From: Candidatus Dojkabacteria bacterium
GTDB taxonomy: Bacteria > Patescibacteriota > Dojkabacteria > SC72
Assembly (NCBI GenBank): GCA_050950145.1
Contig: JBMNHB010000001.1
Span: forward strand, 140,266 to 204,265
Direction of reading: 5' to 3'
DNA: 64,000 bases
Shown: positions 38,703 to 48,185 of the stretch, piece after piece
Numbering within the stretch: position 1 is the first letter of the stretch
How the letters are laid out: each line of letters starts with the position of its first letter
The notes under the pieces: model-generated
What the model saw: only the letters and a program-made list of their open reading frames with translations
Database searches by the model: none
What the model was told of the DNA's origin: nothing
Translations under genes and position numbers: made by a program

Positions 38703-41700
38703 ATGAGAAAAAAACTTTTAAAAAGATTATCTGCCTTTTTAAATATTTCCTTAGTAGTTCTCCTTTTAATTCCGAATTTTGTAATTCCAGCAAGTGTTTT
38801 TGCTGTAGATTCAGTGTTTCCTAGTACTAATGAGATAAATAAAACAAATGGATGGGCATATGTTAATGAACAGAGTAAAGTACCAGGTAGTACTACTTTT
38901 GAATTTAAAAGTACTAGAGACTTCTTCTCTTGTTTTGAGTACAGAACAGATGGAGATACATCTCAAATATTAGCTGAGAATGGGGGGAAAAATTATAACG
39001 CAGAAATAACAGATGGTCTTTATCCATATGTATGTGTTAAGAATAATATGAAGAGTAAAGTAATTAATGCGAACCAATATATAGAAATTAGATTATCATT
39101 TGAAGCAGAAAAAGATGAAAGATTTGCATGGACAAGATTTAATGTTCTTCCTGTTGTTCCTCCTCCTACAGTACCTGTTTTAGAGTATCCGATAAATGGT
39201 GTAATAATAAATGATAATACCCCGTTAATGCAGTGGGCAGATTCAAATGGTGATATTTCCCACTATATGTACAGAATCTTTTACAATTGTAAAGATTCTT
39301 CAAATATTCCAGGTTCTTGTTCTGTGTTTCCTAATCTAAATGGTTTAAGACGAAACACATCAGAATATCAAGCAGGTGTTACTGCAGACAGAGTATATCA
39401 CTGGCAAGTTAAAGCTGTTAATAATCAGGGATTGGAAAGTGAATGGAGTGAATTAGAAACATTTACTATTGATAGTACTCCACCTTCTGTTCCAACAGGC
39501 TTGTATTGGAGAACAGTGGATGATAATAAAATTGTAGAGTGTGGAGGATATAGTAGTTCACGCCATTTAGCAGCACATTGGGATGCAATTGTAGGAGATC
39601 CTACCTTTAGTCATTATGAGTACTCATCATTTAATGCACCAAATGGAAGTGCAGGATTGGTTGAGAGAGTGTTTTATGAAAATTTCTTTGATAGTTCCTC
39701 TTTTTGGACTGTTCCAAAACAGGGAACATATGGATACCAATTGAGAAGTGTGGATAAAGTAGGAAATAAATCAGCATGGGCTTTAGAAAACATTGTAGGT
39801 ATTGAAAATGCTTGTAAAATAACAATAGACTGGACTGCTCCAGTTGTTGAAATTACATCTCCTTTAGCAGATACATATGTTAAAGGGAGTGTTGATTTCA
39901 GAGGTACTATTAATGAACCTAATCTTCTTCGATATTGGTATAGAATATTGAAATCAGAGACTGATAAATCAGTTTTCTCAGATACGATATATGCAGACAC
40001 AGGTTTTGAGAACAAATTAATATATACATGGGATACTACAAAAAACAGTGATGGTGTATATGAAATGAGATTAGATGCAAGAGATAAAGCACTTAACAAA
40101 ACAAATGATTCTATTGACACTATTTATGTAACTGTAGACAACACAGCACCAACAGGAGACATTTTAGGTATTAGATACGACAATACTAGAAATGGAAATA
40201 TCGTAGATGTTACTAACTTCGTTACAAACGATAATTCACCTCTAATATACGGAACATATGGAGATAATTATGAAGTTGATACAGTAGAAGTAAAAATAGG
40301 TGAGATTTCTGGAGCAGTACTTTTAGATGATAGTGGTAATTGGACTGCACAGTTCCCTGACTTAGCAGATGGAACATATAATATTTCATTAAAAATAACA
40401 GATAAGGCTGGAAACGAAACAGAGTTAACACAGGAAATAGTAATTGATTCTGTAGCGCCTAGAGCAACATATACTCACTACATAGATGGAGAAGTATTTG
40501 AAGGGGATATTGCAGAAGTAAAAAGTTTAAGCCAATTATCATTTACAGCATCATATACAGATGCAGATCCTTCTTCAGGATTAAAATATGATTCATTTGC
40601 AATATTCCAAGCTCAAGATGATGGTTCCTTTAGATTTTCTGCAAATGGTAAAAAGGCATACTGCTCATGGAGAAGAGCTCCAAATCTAGTAGATTTAAGT
40701 GGTGGTACAACAACATACGAGCTTACAGAACAGATACCATTTACGAACTGTATTGCAACTTTACCAGACGGAGAATATTACATGGCTCATCATGTGTATG
40801 ATAATGCAGTAAGAAAAGATATTCCAACAATCATGCAATTTAGAGATGTACTAGGTTTACACTTTAAAATTAAAAATACTCCAGTTGTAACAATTTCTTC
40901 ACCATATACAGAGGTAGTACAAGGTGCTCTTTCATTTACAGTAGAGGCACTAGCTACAGATGGTAATGCTCCTCTTACATATGAATGGACAGGGTCAAAC
41001 GGAGTATTTAGTACCAATCCATCTTTTGTCTTTAGTCCTGCTACAGTAGGTGCACATACATTCACAGTAAGAGTAACAGATACTGATGGAGACTATGATG
41101 AAGATACGATAACAATTACAGTTAATGAACCACCTCAGATTCCTCCTGTAGAGAATCCTGATAACCCTGGAGTACTAGGTACTACAACCACAACAAAAAC
41201 AGTAAAAGCTACTCCTAGAAACAGAACTCTGTATGCAGTTAATGTCTTAGATACATCTTCAGAAGTTACAGAAAAAGAAGAAAGTTCTGATGAAATAAAA
41301 GAAGATACTCCAGAAGTGTTAGGGGAGGAAGAAGCATCTTGTAAAGTTAAAAAGCCTCTATCAGGATATGTGTATGTAGATAAGAATAAAAATGATATTA
41401 AGGATAAGAATGAAAAAACTTTTGAGAATATAAAAATAAAAGTAACAACTAAAGAAAATGGAAAAGATGAAATAGTAGAAGAACTTCTAACTGATGTGAA
41501 GGGAGAGTGGAAGATCAACCTATGTCCAGGAAAATATAGTATAACCATAGATACAACAACAATCCCTAAAGGTTACAAACTCAACGGAGATTCCACTGTA
41601 GAAGTAAATGTTTTAGATAATGATGTTGATGGAGTAGAACAATCATTCAATCTTTCTGAAACAAAGTCATTTATTCAGAAGTATTGGTGGATTCTGCTAT

Positions 41701-41759
41701 TAATCATATTACTACTTACAGGATTAGTTGTATCAAAATCTAACAAAGAGGAAGAGTAG
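38703..41759 (+). CDS. large surface protein with Fn3/Ig-like/PKD and SdrD-B-like domains
   Basis: Signal peptide, repeated IDxTxP Ig boundaries, DKAGN, SGYVYVDKNKN, C-terminal TM. Confidence 0.8.
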   Translation: MRKKLLKRLSAFLNISLVVLLLIPNFVIPASVFAVDSVFPSTNEINKTNGWAYVNEQSKVPGSTTFEFKSTRDFFSCFEYRTDGDTSQILAENGGKNYNAEITDGLYPYVCVKNNMKSKVINANQYIEIRLSFEAEKDERFAWTRFNVLPVVPPPTVPVLEYPINGVIINDNTPLMQWADSNGDISHYMYRIFYNCKDSSNIPGSCSVFPNLNGLRRNTSEYQAGVTADRVYHWQVKAVNNQGLESEWSELETFTIDSTPPSVPTGLYWRTVDDNKIVECGGYSSSRHLAAHWDAIVGDPTFSHYEYSSFNAPNGSAGLVERVFYENFFDSSSFWTVPKQGTYGYQLRSVDKVGNKSAWALENIVGIENACKITIDWTAPVVEITSPLADTYVKGSVDFRGTINEPNLLRYWYRILKSETDKSVFSDTIYADTGFENKLIYTWDTTKNSDGVYEMRLDARDKALNKTNDSIDTIYVTVDNTAPTGDILGIRYDNTRNGNIVDVTNFVTNDNSPLIYGTYGDNYEVDTVEVKIGEISGAVLLDDSGNWTAQFPDLADGTYNISLKITDKAGNETELTQEIVIDSVAPRATYTHYIDGEVFEGDIAEVKSLSQLSFTASYTDADPSSGLKYDSFAIFQAQDDGSFRFSANGKKAYCSWRRAPNLVDLSGGTTTYELTEQIPFTNCIATLPDGEYYMAHHVYDNAVRKDIPTIMQFRDVLGLHFKIKNTPVVTISSPYTEVVQGALSFTVEALATDGNAPLTYEWTGSNGVFSTNPSFVFSPATVGAHTFTVRVTDTDGDYDEDTITITVNEPPQIPPVENPDNPGVLGTTTTTKTVKATPRNRTLYAVNVLDTSSEVTEKEESSDEIKEDTPEVLGEEEASCKVKKPLSGYVYVDKNKNDIKDKNEKTFENIKIKVTTKENGKDEIVEELLTDVKGEWKINLCPGKYSITIDTTTIPKGYKLNGDSTVEVNVLDNDVDGVEQSFNLSETKSFIQKYWWILLLIILLLTGLVVSKSNKEEE

Positions 41760-41817
41760 AACTTCAAAACTAATTAAAAGATAGAGTGTACCATCCCATA
41801 GATGGTATACTCTATAT

Positions 41818-42195
41818 ATGGACTCAGTAAAAGATATTCTCTCTCAACTAAAGACACAAACACCCCAAGTTAAAAAGAAAAAAAGTTCCCAACAGGAACT
41901 TTTTGATGTTGATCAGTTAGCTACGAATCCTAAGAAAATATTTGGTGATAGAGGAAAATATATATCAACAGAATATCAAAGATATGGATTAAGGCTAGCA
42001 GGTAAGTTAGATGATAAAAAAAGATTAACAATGTATATCAAATGGGCAAAAACAAAACCAAGAGCTATACTAGAATCAGCTCTCAGTTTTGTATCAGACT
42101 ATCCTAATGCAGAGAGCAAATCCAAATTATTTATGTGGAAAGTAAAACAATTAGAAAATGAAAGAAAAGGGCAAAAACAAAAAAATACTAAGTAA
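41818..42195 (+). CDS. small basic hypothetical protein
   Basis: 125-aa ORF; extended -10 box 6 nt before the ATG. Confidence 0.7.
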   Translation: MDSVKDILSQLKTQTPQVKKKKSSQQELFDVDQLATNPKKIFGDRGKYISTEYQRYGLRLAGKLDDKKRLTMYIKWAKTKPRAILESALSFVSDYPNAESKSKLFMWKVKQLENERKGQKQKNTK

Positions 42196-42970
42196 ACAAA
42201 TACAAATGTATTTCAAAAGAGAGTTTCAATACAAAGGTCAGATGATTGCTTGGATAATTGCTGATATTATTAAAATTTTTGGACTCTGCTTCATCTGGTT
42301 AGCAGCATCAAAAGTAAGTAATGTAGTAGATCAAGAATATATAGTTTCCTATTATATCCTAGTAATGTTTGTTAGTAAGTTTACATCAGATTACACAGTA
42401 GAATTTGGAGTAAGAAATATTTTAGATGGAAGATTCTCAAACTTTTTAGTTAAACCATACAACTATCTTTTGGAATATCTTGGAACTAATATTGGTAGTA
42501 ACATCCTTAGGATAATTCTGTTTCTTCCTGCATTTATAATTGCAATATATTTTGCTTGGGTAAATAACTTTTGGACAGTGGAATTTAACCCATACCTTAT
42601 CTTTCTTTCTGCAGTAGCAATTCTTTTAGGTTTTGGGATTAGCTTCCTATTGGGAAATATTATCTCTCTTGCAGCTGTGAAGATAAAAGAGATGGATGGT
42701 ATTAGAATATTTTACTACAATGTTGCATCCTTACTTTCTGGAGAATTCATACCAATTGTTTTCTTACCTCAAGGTGGTAGGTTTGTACTTGAAGTTCTCC
42801 CTTTTAGATATACTCTCTCTTTTCCTGTTGAAATATTACTTGGGAGATTAAATGATTACCAAAAAGAAATTGGTTTTTTAATTGCAACTGTTTGGTTAGT
42901 TATTCTTTTTATCATATACAAAATTGTTTTTAAGAAAGCTATTAAGAAATATGAAGCAGAAGGAATTTAA
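42158..42970 (+). CDS. ABC-2 family permease (DUF990 type)
   Basis: ILDGRFSNFLVKP, LSGEFIP, LPFRY..FPVEI, KYEAEG. Confidence 0.85.
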   Translation: MKEKGKNKKILSKQIQMYFKREFQYKGQMIAWIIADIIKIFGLCFIWLAASKVSNVVDQEYIVSYYILVMFVSKFTSDYTVEFGVRNILDGRFSNFLVKPYNYLLEYLGTNIGSNILRIILFLPAFIIAIYFAWVNNFWTVEFNPYLIFLSAVAILLGFGISFLLGNIISLAAVKIKEMDGIRIFYYNVASLLSGEFIPIVFLPQGGRFVLEVLPFRYTLSFPVEILLGRLNDYQKEIGFLIATVWLVILFIIYKIVFKKAIKKYEAEGI

Positions 42971-43781
42971 AAAAACAAAAAAGAAAAGAAGAGGAATATT
43001 TTACTACTTAAGAGTATGGAGTAGGGTTTTTAAAGGAGGAATGAAAAGAAGCTATCTTTACAAAACAGATATATTTGTAAGGATATTAAGAACAATGTTA
43101 GTTGTTGGTATTCAAGTACTTCTTCTTAATGTTCTTTTTGGTAAGAATGAACTGTATGTAGGTTGGAGTAAGTCCGAGGCATACTTGGTGATAGGGATAT
43201 GGAATCTTCTTAACTATTTAGGTTGGTCTGTTTTTTCAACGAATCTTCTTTATTTAGAATCAAAAGTAATTGAAGGTAAGTTTGATTACATACTTCTTAA
43301 ACCAATTTCATCTGATTGGTATGCATCATTTTCTGATTTTTTCATTACAAATTTTGTCACAGCTATATCAGGTGTGATCTTAATTTTTTACTACATAATT
43401 GTAGAGTGGGGGAAGATATCCTTAGTAAATGTTTTAGTTGGTCTTGCTGCAATACTTGTAGCATTTTTAATTTGGTATTCAATCTATCTCTTCTTTGCTG
43501 CTTTTACAATCTCTAATCCTAGAAATGGAATACTTTCAATTGCAAAAGAATTACTTGGTCTTACTAAATATCCAATTGATGTATTTGGAGAGTCAATGAA
43601 AGTAGTTTTCTATACTGTTATACCAATAGCCTTCTTAACAACACTTCCTGCTAATATTATTATCGGAAGAGGAAAGTATGAATTTATATTAATAGGGTTA
43701 GGTGTTGGGTTAATACTTCTTTTAATTGCAAAGTTAGTATGGAAGATGAATGTTAAGAGATATTCTAGTGCGAGTAGTTAA
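42951..43781 (+). CDS. ABC-2 family permease (DUF990 type)
   Basis: GKFDYILLKP, KYPIDVF, IPIAF..LP, RYSSASS. Confidence 0.85.
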   Translation: MKQKEFKKTKKKRRGIFYYLRVWSRVFKGGMKRSYLYKTDIFVRILRTMLVVGIQVLLLNVLFGKNELYVGWSKSEAYLVIGIWNLLNYLGWSVFSTNLLYLESKVIEGKFDYILLKPISSDWYASFSDFFITNFVTAISGVILIFYYIIVEWGKISLVNVLVGLAAILVAFLIWYSIYLFFAAFTISNPRNGILSIAKELLGLTKYPIDVFGESMKVVFYTVIPIAFLTTLPANIIIGRGKYEFILIGLGVGLILLLIAKLVWKMNVKRYSSASS

Positions 43782-43823
43782 AAAAGCACCCTCCCCTGCT
43801 TTTTAAAGGCAGACAAGAGGGTG
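43780..43823 (-). terminator. intrinsic terminator (minus strand)
   Basis: CACCCTC..CTGC-loop-GCAG..GAGGGTG followed by CTTTTTT. Confidence 0.6.
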
Positions 43824-43828
43824 GACCT

Positions 43829-43888
43829 TGGTCTAGAGTGGAGGACTTGCACCTCATTAAAAGGGATCCTATTTCCCTTGCACTCTAC
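43829..43888 (-). ncRNA. tRNA-like three-way-junction RNA (D-armless) ending in ACCA
   Basis: TAGAGTG/CACTCTA stem, AAGGGA-N7-TCCCTT hairpin, GAGG-TGCAAGT-CCTC T-arm, 12 nt from T-loop to ACCA. Confidence 0.5.
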
Positions 43889-43895
43889 ATAATTG

Positions 43896-44891
43896 TTAAA
43901 GATACTTTCTAGCTATATTTAGTACTTTTCCTAAAAGTTCATCTAATGAATCTGCTTTCATTAACACTCCTGATGCATATGTATGACCTCCACCTCCTAG
44001 CTCTTCTGCTATTACTCTTACATCTTGATAACCCTTTGTACTTCTAAATGATACAAACCAATCATTCTCTGTATTCATATCAGGCTTAATGATAAAGCCC
44101 CAATGAACTCCTTGTATATATCTTAAATATTTATCTCTCAAAAATGCTTGTGCTTCACTAGCACCCTGTTTCAGTTCCAGATCATTCTCCAAATCACTTC
44201 TATCTATAGACATGTATGCCATATCTTTTTCAATAATTAGTGATTGAAGATATTTAACAATTGCATGAGTTGCCTCTCTTGGGAACTTAGAATTTCGGTA
44301 TGCAAAATCTTCTAAATCTACATCTATTACACTCTTTGCCTCAGCAAATACCCTATGAGTATTTGGTGTTGTAATATCGTAAAGAAACCTACCTGTATCT
44401 GCAACAATTCCATACTGTATTAATGATGCACTATCTTCATTAAGTTTAAATCTTCTACCATATATCTTCTTAAGGGTCATATATACCTGTTCAGTAGCAG
44501 AACTCATATTCTCATTAATTATTGTTACATTCTCTCTCTTCTCAAAAAATGTATCATGATGATCAATTACAACGGTTGGAAGTAATTCATTTACACTATC
44601 ATCATCCTCAATACACAAACTCAGATCTCCAGCATCAGTAATTAATATACAATCGTACCCAATACTATCCAATCTCTTTACAATCTCAATCTCCTTCATT
44701 TTAGGTAACCTCATAGATGGATTCTGTTTAGCTTGTATTGTAAAAACCTTCTTAGGATAGATCTCCATTAAAACATGTCTTAACAGAAGGGAACTACAGA
44801 ATGCATCAACATCTGGTCCTTTATGCGTAAGGATTAATATCCTCTTAGAACTCTCCACAACTTTCTTTAATTGTTTGTATTCGTTTCTCAT
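43896..44891 (-). CDS. nrnA: DHH/DHHA1 phosphoesterase (NrnA nanoRNase/pAp phosphatase)
   Basis: THKGPDVD, IDHH, GIVADTGRF, GGGGH; ATG 44891 after TG-TATTAT. Confidence 0.85.
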   Translation of the reverse strand: MRNEYKQLKKVVESSKRILILTHKGPDVDAFCSSLLLRHVLMEIYPKKVFTIQAKQNPSMRLPKMKEIEIVKRLDSIGYDCILITDAGDLSLCIEDDDSVNELLPTVVIDHHDTFFEKRENVTIINENMSSATEQVYMTLKKIYGRRFKLNEDSASLIQYGIVADTGRFLYDITTPNTHRVFAEAKSVIDVDLEDFAYRNSKFPREATHAIVKYLQSLIIEKDMAYMSIDRSDLENDLELKQGASEAQAFLRDKYLRYIQGVHWGFIIKPDMNTENDWFVSFRSTKGYQDVRVIAEELGGGGHTYASGVLMKADSLDELLGKVLNIARKYL

Positions 44892-44955
44892 ATTCTTGAT
44901 AATACCAAAAGAGCAGAATATAATACAGAGATAGTATAAAATTAATAAAAATACC

Positions 44956-46224
44956 ATGTTAGATATCAAGAGAATTGTAGAACAGAAAGAAGAAGTTCAA
45001 AAAGGTCTTCTCAAAAGAATGAATCCTGAAGATTTCAATCTAGATGAAATAGTATCTTTGTATGAAGAGAGAAAGAAGTTACAAACAGAATTTGACAGTG
45101 CTAGAGCAGAACAGAACAGTTTTAATGAAAAAATGTCAAAGATTGATAAAAAGGGAGATGAATTTAAAAAACTTCTTGAAGAATTAAAAAAGAAATCAGA
45201 AGAAGTAAAAGGGATTGAAGAAAAATTAAGAAATACAGAAACAGAATTAAAATCTAAAGTAGAAGTCTTACCAAATGTACCTGATGAAGATGTAGTAGCA
45301 GGTGGAAAAGAGAAAAATGAAGTAGTAAAAGAAGTTGGTAAAAAACCAGAGTTCTCCTTTGCAATTAGAGATCATGTACAACTTGGAACAGATTTAGATA
45401 TATTTGATTTTGAAAGAGCATCAAAGATATCGGGAAATAACTTTACAATGTATAAAGGATTAGGAGCACAGCTAGAATGGGCATTAATTAACTATTTCAT
45501 ATCAGAACATCTTAAAGCAGGATACGAGATGATAATCCCACCGAATCTTGTATCTAGAGAATCTGCATATGCTGCGGGACAATTACCCAAATTTGAAGAT
45601 GATGTTTACTGGGTACAAGATGGTCTCTGTTTAATACCGACAGCTGAAACAGTTTTAACAAATATGTATAGAGATGAGGTTTTAAGTGAAGAAGATTTAC
45701 CTAAGAAGTTCTTTGCATATACACCTTGTTACAGAAGAGAAGCAGGTAGCTATCGAGCAAACGAAAAAGGACTAATTAGAATGCATCAGTTTGACAAGGT
45801 TGAGATGTATCTGTTTGTAAAACCAGAAGATGCTAGTCAAGCTATAGACGAATTAGTGAACAGAGCAGAGGAATTAGTTGCTGGACTTGGTTTACATTAC
45901 AGAGTTGTAAAACTTGCAGCAGGAGATTGTTCTGCAGGTATGGCTAAAACGTATGATGTAGAGGTATATATCCCATCAATAGATAAGTACTATGAAGTAA
46001 GCTCAATATCTAATGCAAGAGATTATCAAGCAAGAAGAGGGAATATGAGATACAAGAGGGAGGATGGAAAACTAGAATTCTTAAACACATTAAATGCCTC
46101 AGGACTTGCAACAAGTAGATTGATGGTAGCTTTGGTAGAAACATATCAGAATGAAGATGGAAGTATAGATATACCAGAAGTACTAAGACCTTACATGGGT
46201 GGAGTAGATAAAATTACAAAGTAA
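44956..46224 (+). CDS. serS: serine--tRNA ligase
   Basis: MLDIK, GQLPKF, LIPTAE, YRREAGS, RMHQFDKVE, TLNASGLA. Confidence 0.98.
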   Translation: MLDIKRIVEQKEEVQKGLLKRMNPEDFNLDEIVSLYEERKKLQTEFDSARAEQNSFNEKMSKIDKKGDEFKKLLEELKKKSEEVKGIEEKLRNTETELKSKVEVLPNVPDEDVVAGGKEKNEVVKEVGKKPEFSFAIRDHVQLGTDLDIFDFERASKISGNNFTMYKGLGAQLEWALINYFISEHLKAGYEMIIPPNLVSRESAYAAGQLPKFEDDVYWVQDGLCLIPTAETVLTNMYRDEVLSEEDLPKKFFAYTPCYRREAGSYRANEKGLIRMHQFDKVEMYLFVKPEDASQAIDELVNRAEELVAGLGLHYRVVKLAAGDCSAGMAKTYDVEVYIPSIDKYYEVSSISNARDYQARRGNMRYKREDGKLEFLNTLNASGLATSRLMVALVETYQNEDGSIDIPEVLRPYMGGVDKITK

Positions 46225-46228
46225 AAAG

Positions 46229-46789
46229 ATGAGTATATTCCTGGGATTCTTTCCAGATAGTAAGTCTAAAGATGAAATAGTTACTGTAACAGAGAGTGTA
46301 AAAGAAATCTTCAAAGACTTCGGTATTGATGTAAGATGGAGTAATCCTAAGACATACCACTGTACACTTCTTTTTGTAGGAAACAAAGTATCTCCAATCC
46401 TTCTCGCAATTTACAAAATATATCTAAAGAAATTTCAATTCAAAAAATTTATAGTTAGATTTAATGCAGTAAAATTAGGAATATCTAGAAAATACAGAGA
46501 ATTAATATACCTTGACTTACTTGAAGGAGGAGAACAGATGAGAGAGATATATCTTCAACTTAAACACCTCCTTAAGAACAAAACAGATGTTCACTTTCTT
46601 CCACACTTAACACTAGGTAGAGTAAACAAAGACTTAACACAACAAGAGAGTATTAATATTGCAAAAGATTTGGTAAATGTTTCAAAGAGGACCAATGTAA
46701 ACAAGATATCTTTTGAGGTAAACAGCATTGATTTAGTAAAGTCAGAAGATGGTGTATATACCGTACAGATGAGTATTACCGGTTCTTAG
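46229..46789 (+). CDS. thpR: RNA 2',3'-cyclic phosphodiesterase (2H family)
   Basis: Two HxT motifs: YHCTLLFVG and PHLTLGR. Confidence 0.85.
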   Translation: MSIFLGFFPDSKSKDEIVTVTESVKEIFKDFGIDVRWSNPKTYHCTLLFVGNKVSPILLAIYKIYLKKFQFKKFIVRFNAVKLGISRKYRELIYLDLLEGGEQMREIYLQLKHLLKNKTDVHFLPHLTLGRVNKDLTQQESINIAKDLVNVSKRTNVNKISFEVNSIDLVKSEDGVYTVQMSITGS

Positions 46790-47672
46790 ACATGAAAGCT
46801 AATGTCTTCTCCTCTAACTCTTTGTAATCTTTTATGTAATTTACTTTCATATTTCTTCTAAACCAAGTTCTCTGTCTTTTTGCATATTGATTAGTATGAG
46901 TAATAATATCTCCTTTAACTTCTTCTAAACTTTTTTCTTTTTCAAAATATTTATCAAACTCCTGATATCCAATGGTTTGTAGTGCAGGATATCTCTCTAA
47001 ATTATTTTCTCTAACCATAATATTCTCTTCAAGTAAGCCACTCTCAAACATTTTATTTACTCTCTTACTAATTCTTTCTTTTAGTATCTCTCTATCAATA
47101 TCTAAAAAGAAATACAGATGATTTAGTTCTTCATCTTTTTCTATACTTGGAAGACCTGATTTAATAATCTTTTGTAATCTTCTTGGATTATTCCTATCAC
47201 TTTCATTTAACTTTTCTAAAATTTCTTTACCTATCTCTTTCTGTAATTCCTTAATATCTTCTGTAATTAATTCTGTATCTCTATATTTACCATCCTTTTC
47301 TTCCTTCTCTAATTTGTAGTTGAATACAACCGAATCTATATACAATCCTGTTCCACCAACAAGTATTGCTACTTTATCCTTAGGTAAATTCTTTAGTAAT
47401 GCAAATACATCTTTTTGATATCTATATAGATTGTATTTCTCTTTTACAGAGACATATGAAAAAAGATAGTGTGGAATATTATCAATATACCAAACATCAT
47501 TCTCTGTTCTATCAGGTACAGGCTTTGCTGTTCCAATAGAGATCTCTTTGTATACCTGTCTTGAATCTGCATTGATAATTACACCATTGATTCTTTTTGC
47601 AAGTTTAAGAGCAATGTCTGATTTACCTGATGCAGTACAACCTGAGATTACAATAATTGGAGAATTAATCAT
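46776..47672 (-). CDS. miaA: tRNA dimethylallyltransferase
   Basis: GCTASGKS, NADSRQVY, IGTAKP, VGGTGLY, IGYQE, YAKRQRTWF. Confidence 0.97.
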   Translation of the reverse strand: MINSPIIVISGCTASGKSDIALKLAKRINGVIINADSRQVYKEISIGTAKPVPDRTENDVWYIDNIPHYLFSYVSVKEKYNLYRYQKDVFALLKNLPKDKVAILVGGTGLYIDSVVFNYKLEKEEKDGKYRDTELITEDIKELQKEIGKEILEKLNESDRNNPRRLQKIIKSGLPSIEKDEELNHLYFFLDIDREILKERISKRVNKMFESGLLEENIMVRENNLERYPALQTIGYQEFDKYFEKEKSLEEVKGDIITHTNQYAKRQRTWFRRNMKVNYIKDYKELEEKTLAFMSKNR

Positions 47673-48183
47673 TTCTGAAAAATAATTTTACTAATCCAAA
47701 ATTCACCCATGTCATTACAATTGTAACTATTCCTGTTAGTAGTAGGAATGTAAATGCTTCACCACTTAGAAAGATTAGGAATGAAGCAAAGAGTAAAACA
47801 ATGAATATGGATATTTGAAGTGAATCTTTTAGAAATTCTTTTCTAAGAGCTTGCATATCTGGATTCTTTTGCATTCTGTGTGCATTGTAGAAACCGACAG
47901 ACATTCCAATATGTATAAGATTAACTGTAAGAACAATTATTGGTGTTAGTAGATATATATAACTAATTACAATTTTAAGTAGTAAGTTTGCAACGAGAAA
48001 AGCTAAAAGTGTGAGTAGGGCGGATAGTAAGAAAGAAGTTGTTGTAAGACCTATGAACTTTTTACTTCTTGTTAAATACCAAACAGCAAGTAATATTACT
48101 GCTAGGATAAGGAGGAACATAATCGAAAGAGCTACTATCTGATATATACTCCAATTATTTATTACATGTTTAAACATTTCCAT
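47665..48183 (-). CDS. SecF-like truncated membrane protein
   Basis: 5 TMs with SecF TM2-6 spacing; follows the SecD-like gene; weak similarity only. Confidence 0.45.
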   Translation of the reverse strand: MEMFKHVINNWSIYQIVALSIMFLLILAVILLAVWYLTRSKKFIGLTTTSFLLSALLTLLAFLVANLLLKIVISYIYLLTPIIVLTVNLIHIGMSVGFYNAHRMQKNPDMQALRKEFLKDSLQISIFIVLLFASFLIFLSGEAFTFLLLTGIVTIVMTWVNFGLVKLFFRND

Positions 48184-48185
48184 AA

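Noticed and set aside
43829-43888. Cobalamin riboswitch, tmRNA or canonical tRNA-Leu(TAG) reading of the structured element
   Set aside because: No B12 box or downstream gene, no tmRNA 5' end or tag frame, no D-arm or U33; kept only as tRNA-like
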